Part shown: in pieces, positions 9,463 to 16,347 of the stretch
Numbering within the stretch: position 1 is the first letter of the stretch
Layout of the letters: every line of letters starts with the position of its first letter
Assembly: GCA_964603625.1 (NCBI GenBank)
Contig: CAZRVM010000002.1
Coordinates: forward strand, 31,935-63,990
Source of the DNA: an uncultured Candidatus Saccharibacteria bacterium
GTDB taxonomy: Bacteria > Patescibacteriota > Saccharimonadia > Saccharimonadales > JAGQNJ01
Length of the DNA stretch: 32,056 nt
Direction: 5' to 3'
Notes under the pieces: generated by a model
The model's input: only the letters and a program-made list of their open reading frames with translations
What the model was told of the DNA's origin: nothing
Database searches by the model: none
Position numbers and translations under genes: made by a program

Positions 9463-9735
9463 ATTTTTAGATTTTTTGTTGGGCCGTTTCCAGAATTTAA
9501 CAAAAATAGCCGAAAATATTAACACTCCACCAATGGCCACAGTTAAGCCAGCCATAGTGCCGGTGTTAATTAGACCACCATTGTTAGAGTTATTAGAAAT
9601 GCTACCATTGTAAACACTTCCGTTATAGACATCATCATTATATTTGTAAGATGAAGTTTCTGCTAAATATCTAAAATTTAAAGTTTTATTAAAGACTAGT
9701 GCAGTTTGCGATAATTGATTAGATAATGTTGTCAT
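9454..9735 (-). CDS. Small hypothetical protein with a C-terminal TM helix and basic tail
   Basis: 93 aa. An N/G/Y-rich stretch is followed by LINTGTMAGLTVAIGGVLIFSAIFVKFWKRPNKKSK. There is no N-terminal signal peptide, and an in-frame TAA lies 2 codons upstream of the ATG. The 3' end overlaps truB by 9 nt. Confidence 0.4.
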   Translation of the reverse strand: MTTLSNQLSQTALVFNKTLNFRYLAETSSYKYNDDVYNGSVYNGSISNNSNNGGLINTGTMAGLTVAIGGVLIFSAIFVKFWKRPNKKSKNLN

Positions 9736-9788
9736 AAGTATTTACAATATTACAATATTTATGATAGCATAAGCACATAGGAAAATAT

Positions 9789-10016
9789 ATGAAATTAAAT
9801 ATAACTGATATACTACAAAAAGAAATGAGCCGAACCGAGTTTTTGGGTTTAGTGGGGGCGGGATTAATGTCTATGATTGGTGTAACAACCATGCTTAAGA
9901 ATCTAGGTGGGTTTTTCTCAAAAACTAATACCGGAGTCGGCAATATTGATTACGGTATGAATACTTATGGTGGAAGTGAGAAAATCGCTGGTAATAATCT
10001 AAGAATTAATCTGTAA
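9789..10016 (+). CDS. Small hypothetical protein with an N-terminal hydrophobic segment
   Basis: 75 aa. MSRTEFLGLVGAGLMSMIGVTTML resembles a signal or TM segment, followed by a G/N-rich tail. An aggaaaa SD-like tract lies upstream. Confidence 0.4.
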   Translation: MKLNITDILQKEMSRTEFLGLVGAGLMSMIGVTTMLKNLGGFFSKTNTGVGNIDYGMNTYGGSEKIAGNNLRINL

Positions 10017-10039
10017 AAAAACAACTCTCAAATTATATA

Positions 10040-10068
10040 TTGACATTTAGTGTTAAGGGTGATATAAT
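10040..10068 (+). promoter_or_regulatory. Consensus sigma70-type promoter upstream of rpsO
   Basis: TTGACA (10040..10045), a 17-nt spacer ending in TGa, then TATAAT (10063..10068). This would give a ~65-nt rpsO leader. Confidence 0.55.
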
Positions 10069-10118
10069 TCTGTTATTAGGTTAAAATAAAGTTTTATATT
10101 GTAAATGATGTCTGAAGC

Positions 10119-10127
10119 TGTTATAAT
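10119..10127 (+). promoter_or_regulatory. Second candidate extended -10 (TGtTATAAT) 11 nt upstream of the rpsO ATG
   Basis: gcTGtTATAATctgaaatagcgATG. Confidence 0.35.
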
Positions 10128-10138
10128 CTGAAATAGCG

Positions 10139-10405
10139 ATGATAACAAGTGAGAAAAAACAATCGGTTATTAATGATAATGCCAAACATAAGTCAGATAC
10201 TGGAAGTTCAGCTGTTCAGGTTGCAATCTTAACTAAGCGTATTGAAGAAATTACAGAACATCTTAAGACTAATAAGAAAGATCATATGGCAAGACGGGGC
10301 TTGCTACAAATGGTTGGGAAGCGTAAGCGTCACTTAGCTTATATAGCTAAAAAAGATAGCGATGAATATTTAGCTTTAATTAAAAAGCTAGGTTTGCGCC
10401 ATTAA
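10139..10405 (+). CDS. rpsO: 30S ribosomal protein S15
   Basis: 88 aa with [49 protein letters not shown], a canonical S15. Confidence 0.95.
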   Translation: MITSEKKQSVINDNAKHKSDTGSSAVQVAILTKRIEEITEHLKTNKKDHMARRGLLQMVGKRKRHLAYIAKKDSDEYLALIKKLGLRH

Positions 10406-10406
10406 A

Positions 10407-10434
10407 ATTTAGATTTTAGACTTTAGGCTTTAGA
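10407..10434 (+). repeat. Four tandem heptamers (NTTTAGR) just after the rpsO stop
   Basis: atttaga ttttaga ctttagg ctttaga, read directly from the sequence. Confidence 0.6.
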
Positions 10435-10494
10435 GTAGTTGCTAAAACCTATTATCTAGAATCAAAGTTCTAGGTAATATAAATTAAATCGGGT

Positions 10495-10537
10495 GCAAGA
10501 CACAGGTTTCTCAACTACGGAGATACTTGAATCTTGT
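10495..10537 (+). promoter_or_regulatory. Long imperfect hairpin in the pnp leader
   Basis: Hand-folded. 10495..10500 pairs with 10532..10537 (6 bp including G-U). 10503..10507 pairs with 10525..10529 (5 bp). 10509..10512 pairs with 10520..10523 (4 bp), with a 7-nt loop. It ends 23 nt before the pnp ATG. Confidence 0.3.
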
Positions 10538-10560
10538 TCCTGAAAAGAAAGTATAATTAA

Positions 10561-12696
10561 ATGAATAAAACTATAAATCCTCTTGGTAAAAAAATAATTA
10601 AAGTAGAAACCGATTTTTGTGGTAAAAAACTAAGCTTAGAGGTTGGTAGAGTGGGCTTTAGAACTACGGCATCTGTTATTGCGCGCTATGGCGAAACGGT
10701 AGTGTTGGCCAGTACAATGGTTGGCGACAAGCCAATTGAGGGGTTTGATTATTTCCCTTTAAGCATTGATTATGAAGAAAAGATGTACGCTTCAGGTAAA
10801 ATTAGTGGTTCAAGATTCATTAAGCGAGAGGGGCGCCCAAGCGAAGATGCGATTTTGATTGGGCGGTTGATTGATCGACCAATTCGCCCACTTTGGCCTA
10901 AGGGTTATCGTAATGAAGTTCAGGCAGTTGCAACAGTCTTGAGCTTAGACCCAACATTTCGGCCAGATATGATAGCGATGATTGCAATAAGTTCTGCCTT
11001 AATGTTAACTGGTGCTCCTTTTGACGGCCCAGTTGCAGGCATTAGGGTTGGTTTTAAAGAAGGTAAGCCAGTAGGCTTTTTAAGTGCTAAAGAGTTAGAG
11101 CAAAATAAATTAGACTTAGTCGTTGCTGGCACGAAAGATGCAATTATGATGGTTGAGGCAGGGGCTAATGAAGCTACAGAAAATGAGTTGGTTCAGGCTT
11201 TAGAATTTGCTCAGGAGGCTATTAAGCCTGCCGTAAATCTACAATTAGAATTAGCTCAAAAGGTAGGCGTTAAAGAACAAGAATATGAGCTTGCACTGCC
11301 CGATAAAGACATCCAACAACGAGTGGAAACTTGGCTAGAGGGTAGATTAGGGGCTCAGCTTCGTGCGCCATATCCTGAAAGAAATAACTTGGTAAATGAA
11401 CTAAGAGAAGCCATGAAAGATCATTTTATAGCCGAAATCGGTGATGAAGCCTATAAAGAGCAACGTCAAGAGTATGATGATGCTTTTATTTTAGCTATTC
11501 ACGGCGATGTTAGAGAGGGTATATTAAAAGAGGGGATTCGCCCAGATGGAAGGCAGTTAACAGAAGTTAGGCCACTTTCTAGTGAGGTTAATATTTTGCC
11601 AAGAGCTCACGGCTCAAGCCTATTTACGCGAGGCTTAACTCAAGCAATGAATATAGTTACTTTAGCGCCACTAAGCTACTCTCAATTGATTGACACAATG
11701 GAGAAAGACGAAGAAAAACGGTATATGCACCATTATAATGCACCAGGCTATACAGTTGGTGAGGTCCGTCGGCTAGGCAGCCCGGGTAGGCGCGAAATTG
11801 GACATAGTGCTCTTGCCGAACGAGCTTTGATGGCGGTTTTGCCAAGTGAAGCAGATTTTCCTTACGCAATTAGAAGTGTTAGTGAAATAATGAGTCAAAA
11901 TGGTTCTACTTCTATGGCGGCAACTTGTTCAAGCTGTTTGGCACTAATGGATGCGGGAGTTCCACTTAAACGGCCTGTAAGTGGTATTGCAATGGGTCTA
12001 ATGATGAATGGTGATTCGCCAGTAATACTTAGCGATATTGCCGATGCCGAAGATTTTGCTGGAGATATGGATTTCAAAGTTACTGGTACCTCTAAAGGGA
12101 TTACTGCTCTACAAATGGATATGAAAGTTCATGGTTTACCAGTAAAAGTTCTGGCTCAGGCTTTAGAGCAGGCAAAAGAGGGCCGAGCATTTATTTTAAG
12201 TCATATGCTAGAAACCATTGCACAACCAGCTGAGATGAGTAAATTCGCACCACGAGTTATTTCTATCAAGATAAATCCAGATAAAATTCGCGATGTGATT
12301 GGCAAGGGTGGTGAAATGATTAACAAAATTATTGCTGAAACTGGAGCTGAAATTGATATTAAAGATGACGGAACGGTTATGATTGCCAGCCCAGACAAAA
12401 AATCTATAGATGGTGCTACTCAGTGGATACAACAAATAACAGCAGAGCCAGAAGTTGGTACCATTTATAAAGATTGTCGGGTGGTGAGTGTGCTTGATTT
12501 TGGGGCGTTTGTTGAAATAATGCCAGGTCACGAAGGCTTGGTGCATGTAAGCGAAATGGCCGAAGAACGCGTTGCAAAACCTAGCGATGTAGTTGCAGAG
12601 GGTAATAAAGTTACAGTAAAATTAGTAGCGATAGATGAAAGAGGCCGGTTGCAATTAAGTATGAAAGCTGCTGCCCGTGAACAATCCAAGAAATAA
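10561..12696 (+). CDS. pnp: Polyribonucleotide nucleotidyltransferase (PNPase)
   Basis: 711 aa with two RNase PH-like domains, a KH domain (KIRDVIGKGGEMINKI) and an S1 domain (GAFVEIMPGHEGLVHVSE). The rpsO-pnp linkage is conserved. Confidence 0.95.
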   Translation: MNKTINPLGKKIIKVETDFCGKKLSLEVGRVGFRTTASVIARYGETVVLASTMVGDKPIEGFDYFPLSIDYEEKMYASGKISGSRFIKREGRPSEDAILIGRLIDRPIRPLWPKGYRNEVQAVATVLSLDPTFRPDMIAMIAISSALMLTGAPFDGPVAGIRVGFKEGKPVGFLSAKELEQNKLDLVVAGTKDAIMMVEAGANEATENELVQALEFAQEAIKPAVNLQLELAQKVGVKEQEYELALPDKDIQQRVETWLEGRLGAQLRAPYPERNNLVNELREAMKDHFIAEIGDEAYKEQRQEYDDAFILAIHGDVREGILKEGIRPDGRQLTEVRPLSSEVNILPRAHGSSLFTRGLTQAMNIVTLAPLSYSQLIDTMEKDEEKRYMHHYNAPGYTVGEVRRLGSPGRREIGHSALAERALMAVLPSEADFPYAIRSVSEIMSQNGSTSMAATCSSCLALMDAGVPLKRPVSGIAMGLMMNGDSPVILSDIADAEDFAGDMDFKVTGTSKGITALQMDMKVHGLPVKVLAQALEQAKEGRAFILSHMLETIAQPAEMSKFAPRVISIKINPDKIRDVIGKGGEMINKIIAETGAEIDIKDDGTVMIASPDKKSIDGATQWIQQITAEPEVGTIYKDCRVVSVLDFGAFVEIMPGHEGLVHVSEMAEERVAKPSDVVAEGNKVTVKLVAIDERGRLQLSMKAAAREQSKK

Positions 12697-12697
12697 T

Positions 12698-12871
12698 ATG
12701 AACCAGATAGATACCTACAAATTACGCAAAATAAATACTGTTGTTTTAGCAATGGTTAGTGGCTTGTTCGTAAGTTTAGTAGGCTCTGATAGCACTTTGT
12801 TTTGGGTTGTATCTTTTTTATTTGGATCAGCTCCTATGTTTACTATACTGGAGTTAAAGAAAAATGGCTAA
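12698..12871 (+). CDS. Tiny hypothetical two-TM membrane protein
   Basis: The ORF track gives 12677. I prefer the ATG at 12698, 1 nt after the pnp stop. It has two hydrophobic segments. The stop overlaps the next ORF start by 8 nt. Confidence 0.35.
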   Translation: MNQIDTYKLRKINTVVLAMVSGLFVSLVGSDSTLFWVVSFLFGSAPMFTILELKKNG

Positions 12872-13112
12872 AAAACAACTCACCAAAGAGCAAAAAGCTT
12901 TTCGGTTTTACGACACCGCTTTAGGTCACCTAGTTTTGCTGGTAATTATTTGGGTAATTGGCTTTAACCTATTTTTATTAGCAATAGATAGTGGCAGTTT
13001 GTTGCAATGGTGTGGTGTAATCATCAGTTTAGTTTGGGGCTTTTATCATCTAATAGAAGCTACCAAATTGTTCATTAAAAAATTATGGTTTACAGCAAAA
13101 AAGAAAGCCTAG
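12864..13112 (+). CDS. Small hypothetical two-TM membrane protein
   Basis: 82 aa with a basic N-terminus, two hydrophobic helices and a basic C-terminus. It overlaps the UDG start by 28 nt. Confidence 0.4.
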   Translation: MAKKQLTKEQKAFRFYDTALGHLVLLVIIWVIGFNLFLLAIDSGSLLQWCGVIISLVWGFYHLIEATKLFIKKLWFTAKKKA

Positions 13113-13690
13113 AAGCAATTAGACAGTCTATTTTAGACAACAATGTTTGCCCAGAACTTAAAGCTTCAGCTACTCAGTTAGTGTTTGAATCGGGTAATTC
13201 AGATGCCCAACTGTTGTTCATTGGTGAAGCTCCTGGCAAGCAAGAAGATGAACAGGGTTTGCCATTTGTTGGAGCATCAGGTAGGTTGCTAGACGAAATG
13301 CTAGAGTCAATCAACCTTAAGCGGAGTGAGGTTTATATTACAAATATAGTTAAGTATCGTCCACCAAATAATCGCGATCCTTTGCCGCAGGAAAAACAAG
13401 CCTTTTTGCCATATTTGCAAGCCCAGATAGAGGTAATTCAACCAAAATTAGTTATTCCACTAGGAAGACATAGTTTGAATTGCTTCTTACCAGATTTGCA
13501 AATTAGTAAAGTGCATGGCCAACTTCGTTTTCAAGAAGAAATAGTTTTTTTGCCACTTTACCACCCTGCAGTAGCCCTTTATAACGGTAAAATGCGTAAA
13601 ATCTTAATGGAAGATTTTTCAAAGATACCCGAATATATAAATCAATTTAATAAAGAAAACAATAAGGAGAAAAATAATGATTCAAGATAA
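13085..13690 (+). CDS. Family-4-like uracil-DNA glycosylase
   Basis: Motif A is LLFIGEAPGKQEDEQGLPFVGASGRLL. NIVKYRPPNNRDP and the C-terminal YHPAVAL are present. Only 2 Cys occur in the whole protein. Confidence 0.8.
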   Translation: MVYSKKESLEAIRQSILDNNVCPELKASATQLVFESGNSDAQLLFIGEAPGKQEDEQGLPFVGASGRLLDEMLESINLKRSEVYITNIVKYRPPNNRDPLPQEKQAFLPYLQAQIEVIQPKLVIPLGRHSLNCFLPDLQISKVHGQLRFQEEIVFLPLYHPAVALYNGKMRKILMEDFSKIPEYINQFNKENNKEKNNDSR

Positions 13691-15710
13691 ATCAAATAAT
13701 TTAAAAAGAGGAGCAGATAAGTCTAATTCTAGTCCTCAAAAAAAGTTAAGTAAAAATAATACCAGAAGTATGTCGCGCGGAGCGGCAATCCGTGCTCATA
13801 AGCGAAGCATTGAAGATGCTCAAAAAATGTTAGACTCTTACACATCTGCTTCTCAAAAGTCAGAAATAAAGCCTAGAGCCAACCAAATTACAGATGATTT
13901 CAACAAACTAAAGATTACTTTTTTGGGTGGCTTAGAAGATGTTGGAGAAAAAAATTGTGCCATAATTGAGTATCAAAATGATGCAATTGTTTTAGATTGT
14001 GGCAATAATCTTGGAGTTGACCTACCAGGAATTAACTACGAAATTGTAGATCCAGTCTACTTGGAGTCAATTAAACATAAAATTCGTGGTTATGTTATTA
14101 CGCATGGCCACCTAGATCATATAGGTGGCTTAAAACATATTGTTCCAAAATTCCCAGCACCAATTTATGGATCTGGTTATTCTATTGGTATAATTGAAAA
14201 ATCTTTTCAAGATGTACCTGCCGGAACAGAAATTTTTACTCCACAAACAGTTACCATGAATATGGATAATCACGAAAAACTGAAAGTGGGTAGCTTTATG
14301 GTTGAAATGATAAGAATTACTCATTCTATACCAGAAGCTTGCTCGGTAAACATTGAAACTCCAGTTGGGCGAATAATCGCTACTGGCGATTTTAGGTTAG
14401 ACCCAGAACCGTTAGATAAAATGCCAAGTGATATTAATCGTTTAAAGCAACTTGGTGATGAGGGAGTTTTAGTATTATTAACAGAGAGTAGCTATTCATA
14501 TTCTGAAGGACGAACGCCAACTGAGCAAACTTTACAAAAAAGTTTTCAAGATGTAATTTCAGGTGCGTCTGGTAGGATATTTTGTGCTGTTTTTTCAAGT
14601 AATATGAATCGTATTCAGATGATAATTAATTCAGCAGTTGGCTCTGGCCGAAGGGTTGCCTTAGATGGTAGGAGCATGATGGCTTATGCCGAAATAGCAG
14701 TTCGGCAAGGATTGCTTAAAGTACCAAAGGGTACTATTGTTTCAATGAAAGAGACAGTTGGCATTCCCGATGAACAGTTATTGGTAATGTGCACCGGTGG
14801 TCAGGGTGAACCAAATGCTGCACTTCAAAGAATGAGTGAAGGTAATCATCAATATATAAAATTAAAGTCTGGAGATACGGTTTTAGTTAGTTCTTCACCA
14901 ATTCCCGGAAATGAATTGCGTTATGATGCCATTGGCAATAATTTAGCTAAAATTGGTGTTAAATTATTCCGTCATCCTACTCATGAAGTTGATGGTTGTG
15001 GCCCACTTCATGTGTCTGGTCATGCTCGCCGTGATGAAATGCGAGAAATGATAAATTTGGTGCGTCCAAAATATGTAATTCCGGTTCATGGTGGAATGTT
15101 ATACCGAAAATACCATGCTGAAATTGCTATTGAAGAAGGCTGGAAACGAGAAGATGTAGCTTTAATAAATAATGGAGATAGCGTATTAGTTTCTTCAGAA
15201 AAAATTGAGCAAAATGGCCAAGTGCCACACGGTAGTTTACTGGTAGATCAAACAGGTGAAATTGTAAGTAGCATTGTTGTCAAAGATAGGATTGTATTGG
15301 CGGGCGAAGGTATGGTGGCGGTTGTATTAACTATAGATAGAAAATCGGGCACATTATTAACTAGTCCAGATATTCTAACTCGTGGTTTTATTTATATTCG
15401 TGATTCAGAAGAGTTGATGAACGGTTTACGGCAAGAACTTAAAAGAGCTGTAGCTCAGCGCTTTAAACGAATAGACTTAGACAGGTTTAAGGCTGAGCTA
15501 AAAGACCATGTTACTCACTATTTATACGAACAAACAAAACGGTCACCAATTGTTATTCCTGTTGTTAATGTAATAGGTGGTAATAAAAATAATAGCGAAA
15601 AACAAAACAGTAATACAAAATCTGCACCAGAAAAAACGACCGAACAGCTAGAAAAAGAACAACAAGAGCGGTTTGCAGCTCTTCGCGCCAAGTTGCTAAA
15701 TACAAAGTAG
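13677..15710 (+). CDS. rnj: Ribonuclease J with basic N- and C-terminal extensions
   Basis: Metallo-beta-lactamase motif ITHGHLDHIGG, a beta-CASP region and HVSGHARRDE. SD aaggaga lies upstream. The start overlaps the UDG end by 14 nt. Confidence 0.9.
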   Translation: MIQDKSNNLKRGADKSNSSPQKKLSKNNTRSMSRGAAIRAHKRSIEDAQKMLDSYTSASQKSEIKPRANQITDDFNKLKITFLGGLEDVGEKNCAIIEYQNDAIVLDCGNNLGVDLPGINYEIVDPVYLESIKHKIRGYVITHGHLDHIGGLKHIVPKFPAPIYGSGYSIGIIEKSFQDVPAGTEIFTPQTVTMNMDNHEKLKVGSFMVEMIRITHSIPEACSVNIETPVGRIIATGDFRLDPEPLDKMPSDINRLKQLGDEGVLVLLTESSYSYSEGRTPTEQTLQKSFQDVISGASGRIFCAVFSSNMNRIQMIINSAVGSGRRVALDGRSMMAYAEIAVRQGLLKVPKGTIVSMKETVGIPDEQLLVMCTGGQGEPNAALQRMSEGNHQYIKLKSGDTVLVSSSPIPGNELRYDAIGNNLAKIGVKLFRHPTHEVDGCGPLHVSGHARRDEMREMINLVRPKYVIPVHGGMLYRKYHAEIAIEEGWKREDVALINNGDSVLVSSEKIEQNGQVPHGSLLVDQTGEIVSSIVVKDRIVLAGEGMVAVVLTIDRKSGTLLTSPDILTRGFIYIRDSEELMNGLRQELKRAVAQRFKRIDLDRFKAELKDHVTHYLYEQTKRSPIVIPVVNVIGGNKNNSEKQNSNTKSAPEKTTEQLEKEQQERFAALRAKLLNTK

Positions 15711-15735
15711 AGTATAAATTTTCCATAGAATATTA

Positions 15736-15764
15736 TTGACAAAAAAGCACTAGCGTGTTATGAT
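15736..15764 (+). promoter_or_regulatory. Near-consensus sigma70-type promoter for the acidic 102-aa ORF
   Basis: TTGACA (15736..15741), a 17-nt spacer ending in TGt, then TATGAT (15759..15764). Confidence 0.5.
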
Positions 15765-15814
15765 GTAATCATCGACTGACAAACAAACTCTAACTAAAAA
15801 TAAAGGAAAAATAA

Positions 15815-16123
15815 ATGTACCCAACAACAAACCCAGAATTAGAACCAAGAGGATTGCAAGGCTATCCAGAGATTGATGGCAAAAAAATGGAAGATGCGAT
15901 TACTGCAGGTCGTCAAGCTGAATATGACAGTCGGCAGCAAGAACTATCCGAAGGATTAAGTGCAGAGGGTTTAGCTGGCGATCAGAAAGACGCTTCTTCT
16001 ACAAGTGCAGGTGTTGAAGAGCTAAAAGAAATATTGCCAGTACCTGAAGGCACAACTCCAACTACTGAAAGTATTGGCCAAGTAGCCGTTCAAAGCGTTG
16101 AGCAAAATAAAACTGAACAATAA
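15815..16123 (+). CDS. Acidic low-complexity hypothetical protein
   Basis: 102 aa, E/Q/T/G-rich. It has its own promoter and an aaaggaaaa SD-like tract. No recognisable family. Confidence 0.5.
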   Translation: MYPTTNPELEPRGLQGYPEIDGKKMEDAITAGRQAEYDSRQQELSEGLSAEGLAGDQKDASSTSAGVEELKEILPVPEGTTPTTESIGQVAVQSVEQNKTEQ

Positions 16124-16146
16124 GGATTTCGCTCGTTATACATTAT

Positions 16147-16203
16147 ATGGTAGTAATGATTACTGATGGCACTTTGCTGTTATATTGGTCAGCAAATTAC
16201 CAT
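16147..16203 (+). other. Nested stem-loop element downstream of the acidic ORF
   Basis: The outer stem pairs 16147..16154 with 16196..16203 (8 bp including one G-U). The inner stem pairs TTGCTG (16174..16179) with CAGCAA (16190..16195). No U-tract follows. Confidence 0.3.
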
Positions 16204-16330
16204 AACTTAATCAAACCAAAATTTAAATATTTTAATAAATTCGCTTTTGTTAAGATTAAAGCATAAGGTTTAACTTTAGGAATTTGCAATAAATAGACCA
16301 AAAGCAATATTCATAACTTCAATAAACGGA

Positions 16331-16339
16331 TGATATAAT
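16331..16339 (+). promoter_or_regulatory. Extended -10 (TGaTATAAT) 8 nt upstream of the ftsK ATG
   Basis: ggaTGaTATAATaagaaaatATG, with no SD. Confidence 0.4.
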
Positions 16340-16347
16340 AAGAAAAT

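Noticed and set aside
9454-9580. Sortase-like sorting signal (LINTG, then a hydrophobic helix, then a KRPNKKSK tail) at the C-terminus of the 93-aa ORF.
   Set aside because: There is no N-terminal signal peptide, and an in-frame stop lies 2 codons upstream of the ATG. The motif lacks the Pro of LPxTG. A simple tail-anchored topology is more parsimonious.
9719-9943. 74-aa reverse-strand ORF spanning the divergent promoter region and the start of the 75-aa forward-strand ORF.
   Set aside because: It overlaps both better-supported small ORFs and their intergenic promoter region, and it has no independent support.
10552-10557. TATAAT hexamer immediately upstream of pnp as a leaderless promoter.
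   Set aside because: Only 3 nt separate it from the ATG, so a normal start site would fall inside the coding region. pnp is more likely co-transcribed with rpsO.
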